Below are positions 29,213 to 39,079 of a stretch of 64,000 nt of DNA, in pieces. The notes under the pieces are model-generated. The model searched no databases. It was not told where the DNA came from and saw nothing but the letters and a program-made list of their open reading frames with translations. Both the position numbers and the translations under genes were made by a program. The stretch's first letter is position 1. Every line of letters begins with the position of its first letter. Source of the DNA: Dehalococcoidia bacterium (lineage in GTDB: Bacteria; Chloroflexota; Dehalococcoidia; Plut-88900); the NCBI GenBank assembly GCA_965249275.1, contig CBDFLQ010000007.1, positions 160,001 to 224,000 on the forward strand. Direction: 5' to 3'.

Positions 29213-30346
29213 TTAAGCGAACTTGGGGATGATGCGGTCGGAGAAGAGGTGGAGGGAGTTCATGACCTGCTGGAATGATAGGCCGGGGAAGTTGAGGAAA
29301 AGGGCGATGTGCTGGCAGCGGGTCTTTGATTGGATGCGCTCAATCTGCTCGGAAACCGAGTCAGGTGAGCCGACCATGATCAGGTCGTGCTTGAGCTGGA
29401 AGTCGAACCAGTCGGAATCCAGGTCTCCTTCTTCCATCTCCTCTTCGATCAGTGTGGCCTGCCGAGCCTTGTGAGGGTTTACCGACGACCAGGCAGCGAG
29501 GCGGTTGGCACCGGGCCGCACGGCTTGAACTGCCTCTTCGTAGGTCTCGGCGAGGAAGGTTGGGCGCATGACGGCGACGCCCTCTCCGGTAGGGACGGGA
29601 CGCCCAAGCCTCCCGGAGGCTGCCTCGTTGTGGGCGGCGAAGGCCTCGTTGATTCTACCGGGGGACAGGGAGGCGCACATGGCGCTGTAACCCTTCTCTC
29701 CCGCGTAGCCGAAGGAGCCGACGGTTTCGGCCATGATGTAGACGGGAGGCCGGGGTTGTTGGTAGGGGCGGGGTGTGACGCCGAGGGCGATCAACTCACC
29801 GTCATCGGCGTGGTACTTGGGATCCCGAACCAGGGGGTTGGACTCATACCAGCCGGGTGTCGGGTAGGTGTAGAACTCGCCCTTGTAGGAAAAGGCGTCG
29901 TTTTCCAGGGCCTTGACTATGATTTCGAGGGCTTCTCGGAAGAGGGCGCGGTTGTGTTCCGGGTCTCGGCGGTCGGCTTCCTTGAAAAACTGGATGGTGG
30001 AGCGGGTGTTGATTCCCCGCCCTGCGCCGAAGTCGACGCGGCCCTTTGTCAGCTGGTCCAGGATGGCGATGTCCTCGGCGACGCGGATGGGGTTCCAGTC
30101 GGGGATGATGGTGCCGCACTGGCCGACACGCATCCTGTCGCTTTCGGCAATGAGGTCAGCGCCGACGAGGATGGGGTCGGTCGGGGCACGGTACCAGCCG
30201 TCCCAGGCGAAATGGTGCTCAGCGAGCCAGAGACCGGTGAAGCCGCCCTGGTCCATAAGGCGCACTTCTTCCCGCATCTCGCGGACCAAGGTCTGCCAGG
30301 AATAGTCCTCGCCGACGTGATAGTAGGGTGTGCTGTCGAACCTCAT
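29213..30346 (-). CDS. LLM-class flavin-dependent oxidoreductase (tandem paralog 3)
   Basis: Same motifs; MRFDSTPYYHVGE start. Confidence 0.92.
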   Translation of the reverse strand: MRFDSTPYYHVGEDYSWQTLVREMREEVRLMDQGGFTGLWLAEHHFAWDGWYRAPTDPILVGADLIAESDRMRVGQCGTIIPDWNPIRVAEDIAILDQLTKGRVDFGAGRGINTRSTIQFFKEADRRDPEHNRALFREALEIIVKALENDAFSYKGEFYTYPTPGWYESNPLVRDPKYHADDGELIALGVTPRPYQQPRPPVYIMAETVGSFGYAGEKGYSAMCASLSPGRINEAFAAHNEAASGRLGRPVPTGEGVAVMRPTFLAETYEEAVQAVRPGANRLAAWSSVNPHKARQATLIEEEMEEGDLDSDWFDFQLKHDLIMVGSPDSVSEQIERIQSKTRCQHIALFLNFPGLSFQQVMNSLHLFSDRIIPKFA

Positions 30347-30482
30347 ATTCAACCTATTGCCGGGACTAGGAGCGCTGCCTAACGTTAAGTCTGCGGAGCT
30401 TTAAGGGATGGGAATCACCCTCACCCTAACCCTCTCACGCCTCGGCGCATCTACGACCCGTCAAGGGAGAGGGGATCAATTA

Positions 30483-31613
30483 TTAACTGAAGCGGGGGAT
30501 TACTTTTGAAGAGGCCAAGTCGAGAGAGTGCATGACCTGTTGGAAGGATAGGAGCGGGATATTTAGGAAGAAAGCGAGGTGGGGGCATCCGGTCTCGGTC
30601 TCCAGACGCTCGATCTGCTCGGAGACGGAATCAGGGGAGCCGACCAGGATGAGGTCGTGCTTGAGTTGGAAGTCGAACCAGTCCAAGTCCAGGTCGCCTT
30701 CTTCCAGCTCCTCTTCGCTGACCATTATCTTGCGGACTTTGTCGGGGTCGGTGGTTATCCAGGAGGCGAGGAGGTTTGTGCCTTCCCGGGCGTCGGCGAC
30801 GGCCTGTTCGTAGCTATCGGCTATATAGGTGGGGCGCATCACGGCCAGGTTTTGCCCGTAGGGCACATCGTGGCCTGCTGCTTCCGAGGCGGCGTTGTTG
30901 TAAGCCCGCCAGGCGTCTTTGATGCGCCCGTGGGAGATAGAGAAGCACATGGCTCCAATGCCCATGCGGGCTGAGTAGGCGTGGGAGCTCGAGGACTCGA
31001 CCATGTTGAAAACGGGAGGGTGGGGCCGTTGGAAGGGTTTCGGGGTGAGGCCCAGGGCCTTAAGCTCGCTGGTTTCGCTGTGAAATCTGGAGTCGCGGCC
31101 CAAGGGGTTGGTCTCCTGCCAGCCGGGAGCGGGATAGGTGAAGAACTCACCCTTGTATGAGAAGGCATCGTTCCGCCAAGCGCCGAGAATGACCTCAAGG
31201 GTCTCGTTGAAGAGGGAGCGGTGCTGTTCGTTTCGGCGGTCGGCTTCTTCCCGGAATTGGATGGTGGCACGATTGTTGATGCCTCGGGCCACGCCGAAAT
31301 CGACCCGGCCTCTGGTGAGTTGGTCGAGGAGGGCGATGTCCTCGGCAACGCGGATGGGGTTCCAGTCGGGGAGGATGGTGCCACACTGGCCGACTCGAAG
31401 CCGGTCACTTTCGTTGATCAGGTCGGCTCCGAGGAGGATGGGGTTGGGGGAGGCGCGGTACCAGCCGTCCCAGTGGAAGTGGTGCTCGGCGAGCCAGGTG
31501 CCGGTGAATCCACCCTGGTCCATGAGGCGGACCTCTTCCCGCATCTCGTCAACGAGGGTCTCCCAATCGTAGTCCTCGCCGACGTGGTAGTAAGGAGTGG
31601 AGTCGAACCGCAT
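30483..31613 (-). CDS. LLM-class flavin-dependent oxidoreductase (tandem paralog 2)
   Basis: Same motifs; MRFDSTPYYHVGE start; GGGAG RBS. Confidence 0.92.
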   Translation of the reverse strand: MRFDSTPYYHVGEDYDWETLVDEMREEVRLMDQGGFTGTWLAEHHFHWDGWYRASPNPILLGADLINESDRLRVGQCGTILPDWNPIRVAEDIALLDQLTRGRVDFGVARGINNRATIQFREEADRRNEQHRSLFNETLEVILGAWRNDAFSYKGEFFTYPAPGWQETNPLGRDSRFHSETSELKALGLTPKPFQRPHPPVFNMVESSSSHAYSARMGIGAMCFSISHGRIKDAWRAYNNAASEAAGHDVPYGQNLAVMRPTYIADSYEQAVADAREGTNLLASWITTDPDKVRKIMVSEEELEEGDLDLDWFDFQLKHDLILVGSPDSVSEQIERLETETGCPHLAFFLNIPLLSFQQVMHSLDLASSKVIPRFS

Positions 31614-31709
31614 ACCTAGTCTCCCGAGTCGAGTGTGCGTTGATGTTTAAGCAGGGTGCCGCCGCGGTGATTATATACCATGCCCTACGATTGCCGGGCG
31701 TTCCCCCTG

Positions 31710-32843
31710 CTACATAAACCGGGGCATCACCTTTTCGACGAAGAGGGTGAGGCTTCGCATGGTCTTTTCGAAGGTGAGGCCGGGGAAGTTGAGGAAGAGG
31801 GCCAGGTGTCCGCAGTTAACCGAGCTTTGGAGGTTCTCGATCTGCTCAGAGATGGTATCGGGGGTGCCGACGCAGACGAGGCCGTGCTTGAGTTGGAAGT
31901 CGAGCCAGGGGAGGTCGAAGTCGCCGGGGTCTAGCTCATCTTCGGTGGCCATGGCGGAGTAGGCTTTGACTGGGTTGTGGGAGTACCAGGCCCCGAGCTG
32001 TTTCGAGCCCCAACTCACGTCGGCGATGGCCTGCTCATAGGTCTCGGAGACGTAGGTGGGTCTGACGATGCAGAGCTTCTCCCCGAAAGGAACTTCGCGG
32101 TTCTGGGACTGAGACAGCGCCTCGTTGTGGGTGGTCCAGGCCTCCTTAATCTTGCCGATGGATATGGACTGGCAAAAGACGCCCATGCCGCGGCTTCCAG
32201 CGAACCTGTGGGAACCGGGGGAGTCGGCCATTTGCCAGATAGGGGGGTGGGGTTTCTGGAAGGGCTTGGGGTAGACGCCCATAGCCTTCAGCTCGCCGTC
32301 AGGGCCGTGGTAGTCGGGATTCTGGACCATGGGGTTGGACTCTATCCAGCCGGGGACGGGGAACTTGTAGAACCTGCCCTCGTGCTGGAAGGCTTCCTGG
32401 GTCCAGGCTCCGGTGATGACGTCTAGGGACTCGGCGAAGAGGGCGTAGTTGGACTCCTGGTTGCGCCTGTCGGCGTTGAGGTTGAACTGGATGGAGGCCC
32501 GGGTGTCGATGCCCCGGGCGATACCGAAGTCGACGCGGCCCTTGGTGAACTGGTCCATGAGGGCGATGTCCTCAGCGACGCGGAGGGGGTGCCAGTCTGG
32601 CAGGACAACGCCGCACTGTCCGAACCTGAGTCTGTCGCTGAGGCGGGACAGTTTTGTGCCCAAGAGGATCGGGTTGGGAGCGGAGTTGTACCAGCCATCC
32701 CAGGCGAAGTGGTGTTCGGCCATCCAGAAGGTGGTGAAGCCGGCCTGGTCGGCGAATTTGACCTGGGTCTCGGCTTCGTCGACTATCTTTTCCCACGGGT
32801 AGGCCTCGCCTACGTGGGTGTAGAGGGTGATGTCAAAGCGCAT
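31710..32843 (-). CDS. LLM-class flavin-dependent oxidoreductase (tandem paralog 1)
   Basis: Same motifs; MRFDITLYTHVGE start. Confidence 0.92.
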   Translation of the reverse strand: MRFDITLYTHVGEAYPWEKIVDEAETQVKFADQAGFTTFWMAEHHFAWDGWYNSAPNPILLGTKLSRLSDRLRFGQCGVVLPDWHPLRVAEDIALMDQFTKGRVDFGIARGIDTRASIQFNLNADRRNQESNYALFAESLDVITGAWTQEAFQHEGRFYKFPVPGWIESNPMVQNPDYHGPDGELKAMGVYPKPFQKPHPPIWQMADSPGSHRFAGSRGMGVFCQSISIGKIKEAWTTHNEALSQSQNREVPFGEKLCIVRPTYVSETYEQAIADVSWGSKQLGAWYSHNPVKAYSAMATEDELDPGDFDLPWLDFQLKHGLVCVGTPDTISEQIENLQSSVNCGHLALFLNFPGLTFEKTMRSLTLFVEKVMPRFM

Positions 32844-33086
32844 GGATGGTCTCGGAGGATTGTGGGTGGTTTTGCATGGCTGCTGAGTGTATGGGGAGTG
32901 TATCTTTGGGGTGGGGTGGCGTCAACGGGGGTGTCGGAGGCATAGACGTGATCCCCGCCCCGCTCATACTTCAACGGGCTCAGCACGAGCGGCCCCTCCC
33001 CCACCCCGCTCGACCCTTCGACTTGGCTTCCGCCTCAGCGGATCTGCGACAGGGTGGGCGGCCACTCCACCCCAGGGCAACCACTA

Positions 33087-33220
33087 GGAGCCTGTCTCAT
33101 AAGTCCGTTAGACACAGCCCGATTGGATATTCTTGACCAATGCGACGGGTGCCGTAGGCACGAATCCAAGTCGTATAAGAGCGGGAAGAGGGGCATGGGG
33201 CGACTTTTGAGACAGGCTCC
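33087..33220. mobile_element. 134-bp MITE with IS1182-like ends
   Basis: Perfect 13-bp IRs GGAGCCTGTCTCA / TGAGACAGGCTCC; TA on both sides; no transposase. Confidence 0.8.
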
Positions 33221-33309
33221 TAGGGATTGTCCCCCTACAGGGGAGGGAGCCCGGCCCCTCCCGGGGATGGATTCCGGCTCGGGGGCCGGAATGACGGGGG
33301 GGGGTGGGG

Positions 33310-34188
33310 TTAGGAGAGGGCGGAGGTGATTTCGTTGTACTCCCTGAAGGCGTCCAGGTGCTTGGCTACGGAGTCGAAGCCGCAATGCATGGTCTCCAGG
33401 TAGAACTTTGATGCGCCGATCTCCTGCCAGCCTCTGACGTAGTCGGCGACGTCTGTCATGGGAACGGCTTCGAGATTGATCTGGACGGCGATGGCAATGT
33501 CCGAGGGGTCTCGGCCTGCTTCTCTAGCTGCCTCGTGGATCACTTGGATCTTCTGCTTGGCGTTGCCGGGTTGGTCGGTGGTGGGGAACCATGCGTCGCC
33601 AAGACGGCCGGTCCGCTTCAAAACGGGATTGGAGTCGCCCCCGATCCATAGCGGGATGGGCTGCTGGACAGGGAAGGGTTTGAGGCCTGCCTGTCTGATG
33701 GTGTGCCAGCGGCCCTGGTAGTTGACTACCTTCTTTGTCCAGAGTGCCCGCATCACGTCGATCTGTTCCTCGATGCGCTTGCCGCGGTTGTGGAAATCCT
33801 CGCCGAGGGCCTCGAACTCAACGGGGTTCCAACCAACTGCTATGCCGAGCACCAGACGGCCACCACTCAATACGTCTATCGCTGCCGCTTGTTTGGCCAC
33901 CAAGGTGGTCTGGCGTTGAGGCAGGATGACTATGCCGGTGATGAGCTTGATGCGCTGGGTGATGGCGGCGGCCCAACCCAGGAGCACGAAAATCTCGTGG
34001 AAGTTGCTGTCTATGTCGTAGAAGAAGTTGATGCCGCTGTTCTTGTAGAAGTCCGTGTTGGCGCCGAGGACGTGGTCATATACGACCAGGCCCTCGAAGC
34101 CCATCTGCTCGGTGGCCTGGATTAGCTCTTTGGCGTCCTTAGGGTCCGGGCCGATCTCAGTTTGTGGGAAGACTACTCCGAAATCCAT
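33310..34188 (-). CDS. LLM-class, probably F420-dependent, oxidoreductase (Rv2161c-like)
   Basis: GVVFPQTEIG, VYDHVLG, ILPQRQT.LVAKQAA, GRLVLGIAVGWNPVEF. Confidence 0.85.
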   Translation of the reverse strand: MDFGVVFPQTEIGPDPKDAKELIQATEQMGFEGLVVYDHVLGANTDFYKNSGINFFYDIDSNFHEIFVLLGWAAAITQRIKLITGIVILPQRQTTLVAKQAAAIDVLSGGRLVLGIAVGWNPVEFEALGEDFHNRGKRIEEQIDVMRALWTKKVVNYQGRWHTIRQAGLKPFPVQQPIPLWIGGDSNPVLKRTGRLGDAWFPTTDQPGNAKQKIQVIHEAAREAGRDPSDIAIAVQINLEAVPMTDVADYVRGWQEIGASKFYLETMHCGFDSVAKHLDAFREYNEITSALS

Positions 34189-34216
34189 GTCATCCTCCTA
34201 GGCGATGCAACTACGA

Positions 34217-35263
34217 TCATTTTCTGCCTGTAAGTATGAAGCGGGTGGGGAGGGGATGTTCTGGGGCTTTGACGTCCCGGAAGCCTGCGGAGTTTAGAAG
34301 GCTCCGCAACTCGCCCTGGGTAATCATACCGCAACCGACCAGGCCCTCGTGGAGCTGGACGCCGGCCATCATCTGGTATGCGGGGTTGCCACGGTAGTCC
34401 TTTGGTGAATCAGGATAAGGAAGTTCAGATACGACGACGACGCCCCCGGGACGAAGGGCTCGGTGGGCGCGGGAGAGGACGTTACGGTAGGAGTCGGGGC
34501 CACCGACCTCATGGAGTGTGACGTTCATGGTGACTACGTCGAAAGCGGAGTCGTAGTCCATGGCGTTGGCGTCGGCTTGGATTACCCGGGCGTTGTCACC
34601 GGATTCGGAGTCGGCGAGAGTTTGGGCGGCGAGGACAGCGCTGGGGGCGTCGTATTCGATGCCGAGTACTCGGGCCTTGGGGAAACGCTTTACATAGTGT
34701 ACGACCCCGTATCCTGCTCCAGAGCCAATGTCCAGAATGTCGATGTCCACGGCCGCCGGGTCGTCAGTATTCATGACTTGCGGGAGGACAGCGTCGGTGA
34801 TGACGGCGTAGTCGGGCTTGGTCATGTTCTTCAGAGCTTCGAGGAGCCAGGGATCGTGCTCGCTTCTGGGCCATACGCCGCCTGAGGGCAGGTATTTGGG
34901 GAAAGCGTGAAAGTCCTGGTGGAGGGCGGCGTTGAACTGGATCCTGCCTCCGAGGAAGAGGGGGTCGGTGGGATTCAGGAGGAGGGAGCCCATATGGGGT
35001 GCGAGTCGATAACCAGAGACCTCATCCCAGTCCAACATCTCGAAGGCGTAGGCGGCGCGGCACCAGATGCCGACGTAGCGGGGCGAGAAGCCGAGGGTCT
35101 CGGCGAGGGCATCTTCGGTCGTGCCTGGGGAGCCGGCCTCGGAGATGGCCTTAAACAGCCCCGCCTTCAGGCCGATATCGGTGATCCAGGTGGCCTGATA
35201 GCCGAGAATGTAGTCGACCAGCTTGTGCCAGGCGGCTTCCTTTGTGGGTTGCTGGGGTTTCAT
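34217..35263 (-). CDS. Class I SAM methyltransferase with N-terminal winged-helix-like domain
   Basis: ILDIGSGAG, LHEV, ALRPGG; N-terminal IGLKAGLF...LAETLG...RYV.IW. Confidence 0.82.
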   Translation of the reverse strand: MKPQQPTKEAAWHKLVDYILGYQATWITDIGLKAGLFKAISEAGSPGTTEDALAETLGFSPRYVGIWCRAAYAFEMLDWDEVSGYRLAPHMGSLLLNPTDPLFLGGRIQFNAALHQDFHAFPKYLPSGGVWPRSEHDPWLLEALKNMTKPDYAVITDAVLPQVMNTDDPAAVDIDILDIGSGAGYGVVHYVKRFPKARVLGIEYDAPSAVLAAQTLADSESGDNARVIQADANAMDYDSAFDVVTMNVTLHEVGGPDSYRNVLSRAHRALRPGGVVVVSELPYPDSPKDYRGNPAYQMMAGVQLHEGLVGCGMITQGELRSLLNSAGFRDVKAPEHPLPTRFILTGRK

Positions 35264-35353
35264 TGGCTGTCGAGGGGTGTGGTAGTCGATTGAACAAATC
35301 GGGCTGACGGGTAATAATACCCCGAAATCCAGCACGCAAGGCAAGGACTAGAC

Positions 35354-38300
35354 ATGTTCAAAATCGGAATCGACGTAGGGGGTACTTTCACCGACCTGGT
35401 GGTCACGAGACCGAGAGAAGCGCCCCGGTTGTACAAGACCCCCTCCACTCCGCAGGACCCCTCCGAGGGCGTCATGAACGGTCTGCTGGACGTGGCCCAA
35501 GACTATGGGCTGGGAATCACTGAACTGCTGTCCGGCACGTCGATGATCATTCACGGCACCACTGTGGCCACCAACACGCTGGTGGAGCGGAAGGGGGCCA
35601 AGGTGGGGCTGATCACCACGGGCGGGTTCAGAGACCTGCTGGAGATGCGGGAGGGGATGAAGGAGGACAGGTACAACCTGAGGATGAAGCAGATGGAGGC
35701 CCTGGTGCCTCGCTACCTGCGGATCGGGGTGCCGGAGCGTACTCGGGCAGATGGGTCGATAAAGAGGGAATTGGACGAGGCGGCGGTGGCGGAGGCTGTG
35801 AAAGGAATGCTGGAAGAGGGAGTCGAGGGGCTGGCGGTATGCTTCCTATTCTCGTATCTCAACCCGGAGCACGAGCGTCGGGTGGGTGAAATCATCGAGA
35901 GCCTTGCCCCGGGGCTGTACACGTCGCTTTCTCACGAGATCCTGCCGCAGATCAAGGAGTTCGACAGGCTGAGCACGACGGTGGTGAACTCGTATGTCGG
36001 GCCGGTCTTCGGAAGGTACTTGACCCGTCTAAATGAGCGGTTGGCAGCGTTCAGCGATTCCAACGATATCCTGATAATGCAGTCCAACGGCGGCGTGACA
36101 CCCATTGATGATGCGAAGAACCAGGCGGTGAAGGCGATCCTGTCGGGGCCGGCGGGGGGCGTGGCCGGGGCCAAGAGCTTCGGCGACCTGGTTGGAGAGG
36201 CCAACCTCATCGGATTCGATATGGGAGGCACCAGCACCGACATATCCCTGATAGAAGACGGCGTTCCTCATGTGACGACGGAGCAGTTCGAGGCTGGGTG
36301 GAAGATTGCGGTGCCGATGATCGACATTCACACCCTCGGGGCGGGGGGCGGAAGTATAGCGCGGGTCGATCCCGGGGGGATTTTGAGAGTTGGACCGGAG
36401 AGCGCGGGCGCCGAACCGGGCCCCGCCTGCTACGGCAAGGGCGGCGACAAGCCAACGGTAGCGGACTCCAACCTCGTGCTCGGGTTCCTTTCGGAGACGA
36501 ATTTCCTGGGTGGACGGGAGTCTTTGGACAAGGCCAAGGCAGAGGAGGCATTAGATAAAGAACTTGTCGGGCTGGGGATGTCGACGGTGGAGGCTGCGTT
36601 CGGGGTACATCAAGTTGTATCGACGAACATGGCGGAGGGGATACGGCTGCTGGCGGCGAGACGGGGTGTCGATCCACGGGACTTCTCATTGCTGGCCTTC
36701 GGGGGGTCGGCGGGGCTGCACGTAAGCGAGATGGCCCGTCAGCTACATATCGAGAGGATATATGTGCCATCCACGGCACCGGTGCAGTCTGCCTACGGAA
36801 TGCTCTCGACGGACCTCCGGTACGACTTCTCGCTGTCGCACCCGGTCAGCCTGGACAGCATCGACCTGGGGGAGGTGCGTAGGTTATCGGCCGAGATGGG
36901 AGAGAGGGGCAAAAACAGGCTGAGGGAGCAGGGTGTGTCGGACGAGGATATCAGCGTGTCGGTGTCTGCGGACATGCGGTACCTGGACCAGATATTTGAG
37001 GTCAACGTGCCGGTGCCGGACCTGACGCAGGATGACTCGGCGATATTGGAACAGTTGTCGGCGAACCTTCACAGGCGGTACCAGGAGCTGTACTCCTATC
37101 AGCAGTCGGACCAGGAGGTCAGGCTGGTGACGCTGCGGGCGTCGGTGTTTGGGGCCCTTGACCCGGTGGACTTGCCCAAGTCTGAGGGCAAGGGAAGGCT
37201 AGAGGATGCGCTGAAGGGTAAACGGAGCGTATACCTCGATGGGTGGGCAGATGTCCCGGTCTACGACATGGACAAGCTGCCCGCATCGTGGGAGATGGAG
37301 GGGCCGGCGATCGTGGAGTCGGATTTCACGACGATTTTGCTTCAACCTGGGGACAGGGCAGTGGCCGACGGCTACGGCGGCATGAGGATGCAGGTGGCTA
37401 TAGAAGAGGACGAGGTAGAGACCGACAAGGGTGAGGGTGTCAAGCCGGACCCGATCACCGTTGCCGTGGTTGAGAGCCGGTTGAACACCATTGCGCTGGA
37501 GATGGCGGAGGTGATGATCCGGACGTCGATGTCGCAGATCCTGAACTCCAGCCGGGACTTTTCGACGGCGATAATCGATGCGGACTGCCAGCTAGTGGCC
37601 CAGGGCGAGGGAATTCCAGTGCACATAAGCGCGTTACCCCTGGCTGCGGCAGCGGTCAAGCAGTATTTCGGAGATCGGATATACGATGGGGACATGTTTG
37701 CCCTGAACGATCCGTATTTCGGGGGAAGCCACATACCAGACATAACTGTCATCCAACCGATCTTCTATGAAGGCAAGCTCCGGTTCTTCGCTGTGAACCG
37801 CGCCCATCACAGCGATGTCGGCGGGGCGACGCACGGCGGGTACAACCCCTCGGCCAGTGAGATATACCAGGAGGGTATACGCATACCACCCCTGAAGCTG
37901 ATCGAGAGGGGAGTTGCCAGAGACGACGTGCTGCACATGCTCTCGGCGAACGTGCGTCACCCGGAGAACTTCCTCGGGGACTTCCAGGCGCAGTTTGGGT
38001 CGGTGAGGATAGCGGCTCGGCGGATCATTGCCATGCTGGAACGATATGGCGCAGAGGGGCTGAGTCGGGCAGTAGACGAGATCCTGCACGGGACTGAGGT
38101 GCAGGTGAGGGAAATGATCTCCAACTGGCCCGACGGCGTGTACAAGGGTGAATCGTTCATCGATGACGACGGTTTCGATGCCAAGATGGTGCCGATCCGG
38201 GCGACGGTGACCATTGCCGGGGACAGTATGACCATCGACCTGAGCGAGTCGAGCAAACAGGTCACGGGATTCATAAACAGCGCATATGCGAACACCAGGT

Positions 38301-39079
38301 CTTTGTCCCACGTATCGCTGATGTACATGGCGCCCTTTGACGTGGCGAGGAACGAGGGGTCGATGAGACCCATCACCGTGATCGCTCCGAAGGGACTGAT
38401 CGTGAATCCGTACCCGCCGGCCCCTGTGACGATGAGCACCAACCACTGCGGCGAAGAGATAGTCGAGGCGGTCTTCCGGGCCATGGTAAATGCCGTGCCC
38501 GACGCGGTGACCGCCGGGTTCTCCCGCCGCTTGAGGTACGCGATAACAGGCGAAGACCCCAAGACCGGCAGGAGGTTCATCTGGCACTTCTTCCTCGGGC
38601 GTGGGGGAGGGGGGGCGTCCGATGGGTTCGACGGGTGGTCGAACGTCGGGGAGATCAACGTGGCAGGGGGCATCAGGAGCCCCAGCGTGGAGGTTACCGA
38701 GGAGCGGTTTCCCTTCTTCATACCCCGCTACGAACTGCTGCCCGATTCCGCGGGGGATGGGCGGTGGAGGGGCGGTCTCGGGAGCGTGGTGGAGCTTGTC
38801 TATGAGGGGGAACCTGGAGCCAGGATGAACACGGCTGGAGACGGGATTGTTAACCCGCCTTTCGGGCTGCTGGGAGGCCGTCCGGGTTGGGCCCATCGAT
38901 ACAGCATCGTGTCGGAAGACGGCGGGGAGAGGGTGCTCCGTTCGAAGGAGACGGGTGTGCCGGTAAAGCCGGGAGACACGATACTTTGCTACGCGGCGGG
39001 GGGTGGGGGATACGGAGACCCGGCCCTGCGCGACGAGGACATAAGGGAACAGGACCTTAGGAATGGCTACTGTACATAA
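35354..39079 (+). CDS. Hydantoinase/oxoprolinase A-B fusion protein (ATP-dependent lactamase-like)
   Basis: IGIDVGGTFTD, HGTTVATN, SGPAGG, DMGGTSTD (A part); NDPYFGGSHIPD, HHSDVGG, GGGGYGDP (B part) in one 1241-aa ORF. Confidence 0.92.
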   Translation: MFKIGIDVGGTFTDLVVTRPREAPRLYKTPSTPQDPSEGVMNGLLDVAQDYGLGITELLSGTSMIIHGTTVATNTLVERKGAKVGLITTGGFRDLLEMREGMKEDRYNLRMKQMEALVPRYLRIGVPERTRADGSIKRELDEAAVAEAVKGMLEEGVEGLAVCFLFSYLNPEHERRVGEIIESLAPGLYTSLSHEILPQIKEFDRLSTTVVNSYVGPVFGRYLTRLNERLAAFSDSNDILIMQSNGGVTPIDDAKNQAVKAILSGPAGGVAGAKSFGDLVGEANLIGFDMGGTSTDISLIEDGVPHVTTEQFEAGWKIAVPMIDIHTLGAGGGSIARVDPGGILRVGPESAGAEPGPACYGKGGDKPTVADSNLVLGFLSETNFLGGRESLDKAKAEEALDKELVGLGMSTVEAAFGVHQVVSTNMAEGIRLLAARRGVDPRDFSLLAFGGSAGLHVSEMARQLHIERIYVPSTAPVQSAYGMLSTDLRYDFSLSHPVSLDSIDLGEVRRLSAEMGERGKNRLREQGVSDEDISVSVSADMRYLDQIFEVNVPVPDLTQDDSAILEQLSANLHRRYQELYSYQQSDQEVRLVTLRASVFGALDPVDLPKSEGKGRLEDALKGKRSVYLDGWADVPVYDMDKLPASWEMEGPAIVESDFTTILLQPGDRAVADGYGGMRMQVAIEEDEVETDKGEGVKPDPITVAVVESRLNTIALEMAEVMIRTSMSQILNSSRDFSTAIIDADCQLVAQGEGIPVHISALPLAAAAVKQYFGDRIYDGDMFALNDPYFGGSHIPDITVIQPIFYEGKLRFFAVNRAHHSDVGGATHGGYNPSASEIYQEGIRIPPLKLIERGVARDDVLHMLSANVRHPENFLGDFQAQFGSVRIAARRIIAMLERYGAEGLSRAVDEILHGTEVQVREMISNWPDGVYKGESFIDDDGFDAKMVPIRATVTIAGDSMTIDLSESSKQVTGFINSAYANTRSLSHVSLMYMAPFDVARNEGSMRPITVIAPKGLIVNPYPPAPVTMSTNHCGEEIVEAVFRAMVNAVPDAVTAGFSRRLRYAITGEDPKTGRRFIWHFFLGRGGGGASDGFDGWSNVGEINVAGGIRSPSVEVTEERFPFFIPRYELLPDSAGDGRWRGGLGSVVELVYEGEPGARMNTAGDGIVNPPFGLLGGRPGWAHRYSIVSEDGGERVLRSKETGVPVKPGDTILCYAAGGGGYGDPALRDEDIREQDLRNGYCT

